Assembly (NCBI GenBank): GCA_000002445.1
Contig: CP000067.1
Location: 1,120,001-1,184,000, forward strand
Reading direction: 5' to 3'
Source: Trypanosoma brucei
Lineage: Eukaryota
Length of the DNA: 64,000 bases
Under the pieces are notes generated by a model. That model was not told where the DNA came from, made no database searches, and saw only the letters and a program-made list of their open reading frames with translations. The position numbers and the translations under genes were made by a program. Of the stretch, positions 11,026 through 20,137 are shown one piece after another (position 1 is the first letter of the stretch; every line of letters begins with the position of its first letter).

Positions 11026-12382
11026 GACCTACACCTAAAACAAGACAGCATAAATAATTACAGTATTTGGGAAAGGAAGGAGAGCCATGTGTGAACCAGT
11101 CGGAAAATGTATCAACGGCAACATGACCTGCACAGAGTTACTGAAGCCACGGTGTGAGCAACAGCTAGCATTTAAGGAGGGGGAAATATAACACCTATGG
11201 GAATAAGTAACGCTTACACAATGTGAAAGGAGGGTTGCAGGAGACTACAGCCAGTGCAAATGGACACAAGAGTCCTTGCTGCCGCTTTTCATAACACAAT
11301 CCAACACACAATGCAATGACTCGAGAAACCCCAACACTTCACCAGCACCTGCGGAAGCTACGGGCGTGTGTGCATGTGTGTGCACAATTTGGGGAACTCG
11401 GGCCTGACACAGACAGGATGGCAGGTAATGATAGAGTGGGAGGATTACCGCATTCCAGCAACTCTACAATGGAATAAACTTGATTCGATACCTTGCATCA
11501 ACAACTCAAACTCTCTAAATTTTTGTGAGACGCAGATGGGAAGTGAAGGAACGTGTATTCGGTGATGATGTTAAAACTAGATAAGATTTTGTGATGCACA
11601 TGTAGTTATGTTAAAAAAGAAAAAAAATATCGAGGGCTTCCTGGTGGCAAAAGTTTACCAACCCCCCATCCCCCTAAAAAAAAAAGATTTCACCGTGCAA
11701 CAGATGTGAAACTGCAGTAAATATTGAGAACTTCCCGTCATTCACACTGCGCACTATGACACCGGTTAGCTTATCTTGCTATCAGGGTCTGAAACTTTAT
11801 GTGGGAGGTGGCTAACATTTAGAGCTTTCTTCACGATATTCAGAAATGACACTGACAGAAAGCTGGTGATTACGAAAGGAGCAACGTATATTACTAGCGG
11901 TGTTCTTCAGGGGAATGTATGATCCGTGAGTATACGCCCCTGCATGTGTAAATGGATTGATTCATTTTGCGTGCTAACTCTTTTCTACTTTTCCAGAAAG
12001 TGACTTAGGTTGTGGCACCACAAAGCCGTTCCGGCGTATTAAAATTATGATGGAAAAGAAAGGAGAGGGAAATAGCCTGACTAACATTTGGGGCACCTTA
12101 TCCATGGAAGGGATCCAAACGTTGTAAAAAAACAAGTCACTGCCACTGACTCACATTGGTATTTGCCGGATAACCTCACCGTGCTCCACGGCTGTACGTA
12201 CGGTAACAAGACAAAGATTAGCACATGAAAACAAAGAAAAATTTAAGTTCTTTTAAAAAATACCCATGTTAGGAATATAACACTCTCACGACAAGAAAAA
12301 AGAAAATCTGCGGTACCTTGCATCAACAACTCAAAATCAATTTAAAAAAATATATGTGTTCACGTTCGAATTCGTGTTCGCC

Positions 12383-13537
12383 CTACAAACAACTCATTTC
12401 CCGGAGAGGTCCCTGGCTGCCCGTTAGCGAGCGGTGCGAGATGTTCTTCTCATTGTTGAACCGCCGCCTCAACTCGTTGTAGTCACTCTCATTTACATGG
12501 TGTACCATAATGGAGCTTTTTGTCACGGCTCCCAACGTTGTACCGGCGTGCACATCGTGAAACGAGCACTTAGGCTCGTGAACGTAGGTTATATTCGTAT
12601 GATACATGGCCCTCCGCAATGTAATCCCTACCATTGCGTCTTCAACCATGACACAGAGAGACTGGAACTCTTCGTCACGTATTGCTGTGTAGGGGACGTG
12701 GATTATTGTTCGAAGGGGCTTATACGAGACAAAACGTTCCGCGACGTCACGTCCTAGAGTATAGCACGCGCCATAAGCATAATTAAATCGGAAACCTTGC
12801 ACGGTGTGCACGTCTATCGTACCCCAGTATAGCCCACGGCGAGGTAGGTTGCGTAAGTCTGCTAGATACTGAGGAACGCGTAGGAACATATCGTCATCTG
12901 CCTTCGCAATATACGGGGCATACGGAAATAAGCACACTGACATGTCAAACCACAAGAATGTCTTGCGGCTCATGCCAATCTCCGCATCAATGCCCCACTT
13001 CCCACCTTGACCCACACGCTTCCTACCTGACGGCCGGCCCTCGTTCATTGGCAACGTTAAGATGTCACTCCATTGAGTAGCTTCCTCCACCAGTGCCTTG
13101 GTATAAGTGTAGCCATTTTCGGGATGTCGCGCAAGGATGTACAGCGGCAGCATTTCACCAGAGAAACCGTTCGCACGTACTGCAACGCCGGCGTATGTCC
13201 AGCATGCTGCCCGTTGCAGGTCGCGGCGGCGCCGTCTCACGTCCAGGTCTATGGAGGGGATGCCGATTACCACCAAGTACCGTCGCTCCTCCCATGCGCT
13301 AACGACGGGAGCTGGGACGTAAGTTAGCGACTGTTTCACCCACAGAGGGCGTTTCCAGTAGGTGCAGCGTTCGGTGATTTTTTTTCTTTCCCGGCGTCTA
13401 ACTCGTTCCACATCCTCTAGGAGCGTCCTGAAAGTAACAATCGCCGCGGACACTGCCAAGAGAATAATGATAAGCCAATACCTCCGCTTGTGTGCTGTAC
13501 ATCTTCCAATCCGATTTCCCCGAAGCGCGGGGGCCAT
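12383..13537 (-). CDS. Glycosyltransferase, array copy 2
   Basis: 384 aa. Differs from copy 1 by a single R->G (NRIGRC vs NRIRRC). Confidence 0.75.
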   Translation of the reverse strand: MAPALRGNRIGRCTAHKRRYWLIIILLAVSAAIVTFRTLLEDVERVRRRERKKITERCTYWKRPLWVKQSLTYVPAPVVSAWEERRYLVVIGIPSIDLDVRRRRRDLQRAACWTYAGVAVRANGFSGEMLPLYILARHPENGYTYTKALVEEATQWSDILTLPMNEGRPSGRKRVGQGGKWGIDAEIGMSRKTFLWFDMSVCLFPYAPYIAKADDDMFLRVPQYLADLRNLPRRGLYWGTIDVHTVQGFRFNYAYGACYTLGRDVAERFVSYKPLRTIIHVPYTAIRDEEFQSLCVMVEDAMVGITLRRAMYHTNITYVHEPKCSFHDVHAGTTLGAVTKSSIMVHHVNESDYNELRRRFNNEKNISHRSLTGSQGPLREMSCL

Positions 13538-14583
13538 AACTACACATCAAAGGCGTTCATATTTGAGAATCCAGTGGAGTTGAGGGGGCGTAGAGACCCT
13601 ACTGTCGGTGATAAGTTGACGTAAAAAGTACAGCCGCTGTGGAAGCAAACATCGTTACCCAACGAACGTACACAAAAACGGAAACGAAACGACCAAAACT
13701 GCTGGACCAACGTGTCAGAAAACAATAATCATGACATGAAAGTAAGCCCAACTCACGGCCATGCAAGTATTCACACATACGAAAACAACAAAAATAACGT
13801 CGCCTGAAAAAAAAAAAAACCAAACAATAGTAAGAAGTTACTTCAAGATATCAACCTGAATCCGCTGCGCATGTAAGCGCTGCTAGAGAGCAAAACGTAA
13901 TAAAGAAAAAAAAACGTGCCACAAAATAGCAAAAGGTGAATTTATTACTCGCTAGATATGGGGGGAAAAAGCGAGCGACTGTCGTAGCCATTCTTTTAAT
14001 TCAGCCCTGGTACACGTCCATTTACTTAACAGGGGAGAGGCATCGCCTCATCGTCGAAAATACCCACAAAACGGAGGTTTAAGAACTCTAGATGGATAAA
14101 AGCTCGATCCACAGTGGCTGTGTGGTAAGTGGCATGACACGCTATTCAACCCAATAATAAGGTAAAAATTAACAAACAAAAGGTTCTGAGCAAAGCATAC
14201 ACTGCATACAACCACCCCGGCAAGCAACAAACCGCGCAGAGGATTTGGCACGATACCAAGAAATGGTACAGGTACAATAAAATTAGATTTAGGGCTCACA
14301 CACTTTAGTAAGCACAAACAAGCACCACGTCTTGACTACAGTTCGCGAACAATTTCGTCAAGTACGTACAAACCAACAATCACCATAGTTCTATCTTCCT
14401 CCCGCATATTTACATTTGATGAATTTTTCTACGAAGTTTCGCCACCGTAATATGCAGAACGCCTAACTCATTCACACATATTGGAGACGTACATAATCAA
14501 TGGTCTTTCTGTGCGCACATATGCGTTGAGGTTATGCTCTACACAACAAGGGTTGGCACAAAGGTCTCCCCATGTGGATAAAA

Positions 14584-15576
14584 TCATTGTCCTGCAGCGG
14601 CAGACTTCGATCTCACACAAACACGCTGGGGAGGAATGGAGGGGCCAGTTTCTGTTAATGTGTCATCTTTCTGCTGTCGACTATGCCGAGTCTCAGTTCG
14701 AGATGCCACCCCAACATTACCTTTCGCTACCTTCGAGAAACCCGTAAATGCACCGAAGGCTGATGAGCCCCGCAACCTTGGATATGGCATTCCACTTAGC
14801 CGACGCGAGGCACCCCACAAAGATGTGGTAGTGTTACATTTCGTGGAGTGAGTAGCATGTGACCGGCAGTTTTTGATATCTCTTAACACCTCATGGGATG
14901 CCTTTACGAAGCCACTGAAGGACGGCTTTTGCCGCACAACCTCACCATCCATCTTACTGCGCTCACTCGGGTTCTCTGTGAGTGCACCAACAGCTGTACG
15001 TTCCTCCAATTGTACTGTATTGGGAAGTGGCGGAGGCTCAACGGGGTACACATGTGTTGCCGTCTGCTGCACATCGTCACCTTTGATCTTACATTCAGGA
15101 GACACACCCTTCAGGTTGGTTTCCACAGCTTGTTTTCCATTGCTTACAGCCGGTTTCACTTTTCGGTCAGTGTGTTTCCTGCATACTTGTGCTGTGCGTT
15201 CCGTGGCAGACGGAAGTACATCCTCACACACATGACCTTTGCTACAGCTCACATCACTCTTTTGTTCGCACGGAGGTGTAGGTGGTTCACTGCAAAGGAC
15301 TCGCGTCTGACTTCTTTCCCGCCCTTTACAGTAGTATTCCTCATGGGCCGCTAACCTTGCCATCTCTACTTCCATACCACAGCACGAGCATTCTACCAAT
15401 TGTTGCCCACAGCGGCTGATGTGTTCACTACAGCCAAAACGCCTACAATAGGGGCACTTGCGAAGATTTTTGGGCAGTAAATCAGAACTTTTCCGCTTCG
15501 TAGGGTCACGCACAAGAGCACCATTGTACTTCCAGGGTGCACCACTCGTTACAGTTGTCTTGCTCTCCGTTTCCAT
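14584..15576 (-). CDS. C2HC zinc-finger hypothetical protein, array copy 3
   Basis: 330 aa. One K->R difference (EVLRDIKN) relative to copies 1 and 2. Confidence 0.5.
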   Translation of the reverse strand: METESKTTVTSGAPWKYNGALVRDPTKRKSSDLLPKNLRKCPYCRRFGCSEHISRCGQQLVECSCCGMEVEMARLAAHEEYYCKGRERSQTRVLCSEPPTPPCEQKSDVSCSKGHVCEDVLPSATERTAQVCRKHTDRKVKPAVSNGKQAVETNLKGVSPECKIKGDDVQQTATHVYPVEPPPLPNTVQLEERTAVGALTENPSERSKMDGEVVRQKPSFSGFVKASHEVLRDIKNCRSHATHSTKCNTTTSLWGASRRLSGMPYPRLRGSSAFGAFTGFSKVAKGNVGVASRTETRHSRQQKDDTLTETGPSIPPQRVCVRSKSAAAGQ

Positions 15577-16108
15577 GACCTACACCTAAAACAAGACAGC
15601 ATAAATAATTACAGTATTTGGGAAAGGAAGGAGAGCCATGTGTGAACCAGTCGGAAAATGTATCAACGGCAACATGACCTGCACAGAGTTACTGAAGCCA
15701 CGGTGTGAGCAACAGCTAGCATTTAAGGAGGGGGAAATATAACACCTATGGGAATAAGTAACGCTTACACAATGTGAAAGGAGGGTTGCAGGAGACTACA
15801 GCCAGTGCAAATGGACACAAGAGTCCTTGCTGCCGCTTTTCATAACACAATCCAACACACAATGCAATGACTCGAGAAACCCCAACACTTCACCAGCACC
15901 TGCGGAAGCTACAGGCGTGTGTGCATGTGTGTGCACAATTTGGGGAACTCGGGCCTGACACAGACAGGATGGCAGGTAATGATAGAGTGGGAGGATTACC
16001 GCATTCCAGCAACTCTACAATGGAATAAACTTGATTCGATACCTTGCATCAACAACTCAAAATCAATTTAAAAAAATATATGTGTTCACGTTCGAATTCG
16101 TGTTCGCC

Positions 16109-17266
16109 CTACAAACAACTCATTTCCCGGAGAGGTCCCTGGCTGCCCGTTAGCGAGCGGTGCGAGGTGTTCTTCTCATTGTTGAACCGCCGCCTCAACT
16201 CGTTGTAGTCACTCTCATTTACATGGTGTACCATAATGGAGCTTTTTGTCACGGCTCCCAACGTTGTACCGGCGTGCACATCGTGAAACGAGCACTTAGG
16301 CTCGTGAACGTAGGTTATATTCGTATGATACATGGCCCTCCGCAATGTAATCCCTACCATTGCGTCTTCAACCATGACACAGAGAGACTGGAACTCTTCG
16401 TCACGTATTGCTGTGTAGGGGACGTGGATTATTGTTCGAAGGGGCTTATACGAGACAAAACGTTCCGCGACGTCACGTCCTAGAGTATAGCACGCGCCAT
16501 AAGCATAATTAAATCGGAAACCTTGCACGCTGAGCACGTCTATCGTACCCCAGTATAGCCCACGGCGAGGTAGGTTGCGTAAGTCTGCTAGATACTGAGG
16601 AACGCGTAGGAACATATCGTCATCTGCCTTCGCAATATACGGGGCATACGGAAATAAGCACACTGACATGTCAAACCACAAGAATGTCTTGCGGCTCATG
16701 CCAATCTCCGCATCAATGCCCCACTTCCCACCTTGACCCACACGCTTCCTACCTGACGGCCGGCCCTCGTTCATTGGCAACGTTAAGATGTCACTCCATT
16801 GAGTAGCTTCCTCCACCAGTGCCTTGGTATAAGTGTAGCCATTTTCGGGATGTCGCGCAAGGATGTACAGCGGCAGCATTTCACCAGAGAAACCGTTCGC
16901 ACGTACTGCAACGCCGGCGTATGTCCAGCATGCTGCCCGTTGCAGGTCGCGGCGGCGCCGTCTCACGTCCAGGTCTATGGAGGGGATGCCGATTACCACC
17001 AAGTACCGTCGCTCCTCCCATGCGCTAACGACGGGAGCTGGGACGTAAGTTAGCGACTGTTTCACCCACAGAGGGTGCTCTGAGAGATGTTGACCTTTAT
17101 TGGCTATAGCTGTTTTCGGAACGTTGATTTCCCTTTTGCCGGCTCTCTCTGAGTTGTTGGAGAGCGTTGTCAAGAGAGATGTGACAACGCATATGGTAAA
17201 GAGCAATACCGTCAAAGAAATGCTGCTGCGCAGTATTCTTCCGCGACTGTTAAATTGCCTACACAT
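16109..17266 (-). CDS. Glycosyltransferase, array-edge copy with an unrelated N-terminal cytoplasmic/anchor/stem region
   Basis: 385 aa. From PLWVKQSLTY onward it is ~99% identical to copies 1 and 2, including ADDDMFL. The first ~63 aa (MCRQFNSRGRILRSSISLTVLLFTICVVTSLLTTLSNNSERAGKREINVPKTAIANKGQHLSEH) are unrelated to the MAPALRGN... N-terminus of the other copies, yet still contain a hydrophobic signal-anchor. The DNA junction is at ~17076. Confidence 0.7.
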   Translation of the reverse strand: MCRQFNSRGRILRSSISLTVLLFTICVVTSLLTTLSNNSERAGKREINVPKTAIANKGQHLSEHPLWVKQSLTYVPAPVVSAWEERRYLVVIGIPSIDLDVRRRRRDLQRAACWTYAGVAVRANGFSGEMLPLYILARHPENGYTYTKALVEEATQWSDILTLPMNEGRPSGRKRVGQGGKWGIDAEIGMSRKTFLWFDMSVCLFPYAPYIAKADDDMFLRVPQYLADLRNLPRRGLYWGTIDVLSVQGFRFNYAYGACYTLGRDVAERFVSYKPLRTIIHVPYTAIRDEEFQSLCVMVEDAMVGITLRRAMYHTNITYVHEPKCSFHDVHAGTTLGAVTKSSIMVHHVNESDYNELRRRFNNEKNTSHRSLTGSQGPLREMSCL

Positions 17267-17685
17267 TATATAGAGGTGACTGTCTTTTGAAAGTATAGTA
17301 GAATAGTGAGAGTGTTGGTGTAGTAAATAGCGGGTTCTAACGATCGTATGCGCGTTCTTGTTGATGTTTTTTTCTGTTAATTTGCCGATATAACAGTAAG
17401 GTGGAGGGGAATTGCCTCACTTTGATGATTTGCTTTTCCTCTGCATCACTGTGTGCATGTAACGTTACAGCAGGATACGCTGTTTGTGGTGGTTGTCCTC
17501 TTTTGAGCTATTCGCTCTTTTTTCCCTCAGCGAAATGTAGCACCTTGACCCTCCCATTTACAATTCTCTCTGATGTCGAGTTAAGTTGGATCGCTGTGAT
17601 GGTAGTGCGGTCTTCTCTGTTTGTTCGGAGGTCATTGCAAAGAACTCCGGCTCTTTAACCAAGTCTCCTTTTTTCCCCCCTCTCA

Positions 17686-19536
17686 TCAGCGTTGAGTTCT
17701 CAGAACTGCATCGGCAGCGTCACCTGCTCTACGACGTAGCGGAAGGAACCCAAAGCGATAAAGCGTGTACGATACAGAGTAGCAGCGTGGGTAGAGCTGT
17801 GTCAGTTCATCACCTTCTTCAATGCGACTATTTGCACGAACTACTGCACACACCGCCTCCTTGCACATTCCGGCAGTATTGGCGACCTTGTTACTATCAT
17901 TTGAGAGTGAAATCTTCTCTATACTGCAGCTTGTATTTGACATACCTCCTGGTGGGTGCTGAAGCATATCTACTATGGGAACGATTGTCGCTATTGTATG
18001 GGGCTGAAAATCATTCACGCCGACACGGTTACGGTCGACAACCCTGAAAATGTTGTCCATGACGCCCATATGCATTTTTGTTATCAGACGTGTCCATAGA
18101 TGTAGTTTCTGAAGCACTTTTTCTTCGCTGCAAATGTCCTCGAAATGCTCAGTATGTCGTCGGAGGGGAAGAAGTCGCTGACGTGATAAAACAACACGTA
18201 GCGCCCACGTCAGATCATCCATTGATGGTGGCGGGAGCCGACCAGGAGTGGTGCACTGCGTTTTCCCTTCTTCGATGGGAGATCTCGCATTCACCACATC
18301 GTTGCCATCATTCGGTGATACGGAGCCGTCGACAGAGGAGACCTCTCCCGCACCAGAGCAAACAGCACTCTCATACTCCTGTTGCCATCTGTTACGGATT
18401 TGACGAAGGTAATGAGAGAATCTGCCACAGTGGTCAGTGTATTCAAGATGTGTCGCTGGGTCAAGCACCCCAAGGTGCAACTCCCGTATGAAGTCGTCGT
18501 CGAACGGAGAGAGAAGCCGCAAGTAAGAAAACAGGGGACTTTTGGCTCCCTCCGCACGCTCGCAGGCCAGAAGCAGGGCGAAATGTACCTGGTCGACGAA
18601 AAGTGGATGTGGAAGTGGATCGAACGAAGACTTTCGTTGACCAACAATCGCTTCCACACTTTGATACGAAGGAACACCGCGGCGTTGCGCCGCCACCGAG
18701 TGCCGTTGGAGATTCTCTGAATTGATCGTCAAACTCCAGGGCGTAAGGTTACCCTCGGAGGCAACTGAGGGTGCCGGTGAAGATGGCACAAACTCATCCG
18801 CGCTATCTGCCCCCAAAGCACCATAGAGAGGCACTGCGAATATCATGTCACCTTTGTGGAACGGTTTGCGTGCGACTAAGCCACGAGAATACTGCGATCG
18901 CAGATGAAAGTCAACGTTGTCCGTGAGCATGTTCCACAGCACTGTTTGCGAGCTCTTTATCAGCTCCTCACGAAACCATGCAAGAAAGTCCTGCACATGG
19001 TCCTCGGGCACCGTTCCCATACTATCAGTTGATATCCAATTCTCCACCCGGATGCGTTGCCTCCCCAGCTGTGGGGAAGTGAGGCTTGAGGCCCACATGG
19101 GGAGAGGCGCCTTCGGCGAATTGTTGGGAACCTCGTACACAGACAATGCGTCCGGAGGATGTCGTTCACTTGGGTCACTAAGGAACGAGAATTTTGGTTT
19201 ACGATACACTGCTGGCGGCAGCTCTTCCTCTGCCAACGGTGCTACCGCCGCTAGTGTTGCAATTCGCGGCGCGAACATTTCCTTCTTCCTTATAGTAGAT
19301 TGTACCTCCTCCGCCTGAAGGGAGGAGCCTGCTTGAGGTTCCACGCTTTCCAACGCAACGCGCAGCTGTTCATTCATTTCAACTTGCTGCCGCGCAGCAA
19401 TACCACAATTTGCGGGGTCACGTTCTTCATACGATACAAGCCTCTTTGAGGCATACCACACATCTCGTCTGAGTGGCACAAACGAAGAAGTTGCCACTCG
19501 TCTCCACATTGATAGAAGCGCATCCCTCTTCCTCAT
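17686..19536 (-). CDS. SET-domain protein (rubisco-LSMT/SETD-like lysine methyltransferase), putative
   Basis: 616-aa ORF. SRGLVARKPFHKGDMIFAVPL resembles the N-terminal SET motif GRGLxAxRxIxxGExLxxVP. HPPGGMSNTSCSIEK and RIEEGDELTQLY resemble the NHSxxPN and GEEL/ELxxxY C-terminal SET motifs. Motif-based only. Confidence 0.5.
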   Translation of the reverse strand: MRKRDALLSMWRRVATSSFVPLRRDVWYASKRLVSYEERDPANCGIAARQQVEMNEQLRVALESVEPQAGSSLQAEEVQSTIRKKEMFAPRIATLAAVAPLAEEELPPAVYRKPKFSFLSDPSERHPPDALSVYEVPNNSPKAPLPMWASSLTSPQLGRQRIRVENWISTDSMGTVPEDHVQDFLAWFREELIKSSQTVLWNMLTDNVDFHLRSQYSRGLVARKPFHKGDMIFAVPLYGALGADSADEFVPSSPAPSVASEGNLTPWSLTINSENLQRHSVAAQRRGVPSYQSVEAIVGQRKSSFDPLPHPLFVDQVHFALLLACERAEGAKSPLFSYLRLLSPFDDDFIRELHLGVLDPATHLEYTDHCGRFSHYLRQIRNRWQQEYESAVCSGAGEVSSVDGSVSPNDGNDVVNARSPIEEGKTQCTTPGRLPPPSMDDLTWALRVVLSRQRLLPLRRHTEHFEDICSEEKVLQKLHLWTRLITKMHMGVMDNIFRVVDRNRVGVNDFQPHTIATIVPIVDMLQHPPGGMSNTSCSIEKISLSNDSNKVANTAGMCKEAVCAVVRANSRIEEGDELTQLYPRCYSVSYTLYRFGFLPLRRRAGDAADAVLRTQR

Positions 19537-20137
19537 TCTGCCTTTGTCTCTCTCCCTCCACCTTGCGCTTTCTATTTTCCCCGAGTATTGAGGAGCAACG
19601 AAGGCAATAATAAAGGGACAGAGAAGCTAGACAATAAGAGAAAAACACGACATATGTCAAACGGTGCGGAGCACTGAGGGAACGAGTTTCCATCCAGTGT
19701 TGTTTCCGATCCATGTACAGATCAGAAAAGGAGTAAATTAGGTCACACATATTTGGGTATGCTAATTTCTTTTTTAAGAGCACGAGCAGCTAAATTATAT
19801 CGGACCAAGGGCGCGCTGTTACACATTTAAATTAAGAGAGATTGAGCCAATTGTATTCGAAGATCCTCATTCTCCCTTCTATACTGTTTTAGTGTTCTCA
19901 TTTATTCTTACTTCGGCTTCACTACCATTACTTTTCCCCTCCCTCCCGCTGCGCTCACTTCCATAACTCCTTACTTTCCCGTGGTTGGCTCATGTTCTCC
20001 GTTACAAGAGCTCCCTAGCTTCCCATTGGTATTCACGACGATCCTTTACTAAGCGGTCACAAATGTGGCCGCAGGATTTCTTCCGGAAGCCGCGAAAGTG
20101 CACACCCAAGTGAGCAGACAAGCAGTAAGAGAAAAAA

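Larger units (their letters stand above)
5108..17076. repeat. Tandem array (~2.6 units, period ~4551-4554 bp) of a two-gene unit (zinc-finger ORF + glycosyltransferase)
   Basis: ORF copies recur at constant offsets: 5479->10033->14584 and 7829->12383, spacing 4554/4551. Left junction is ~5108, where 5100-5108 differs from 9650-9661. Right junction is ~17076, where gagggtgctc (17071-17080) replaces gagggcgttt seen at 8791-8800 and 13345-13354. Copies are >99% identical. Confidence 0.9.

Noticed and set aside
5108-17076. Regularly spaced repeats that might suggest a CRISPR array or a prokaryotic mobile-element cluster
   Set aside because: Repeat units are 4.5-4.9 kb and contain complete eukaryotic-type protein genes. 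There are no short direct repeats with unique spacers and no cas genes, integrases or transposases. The context is a kinetoplastid nuclear genome.
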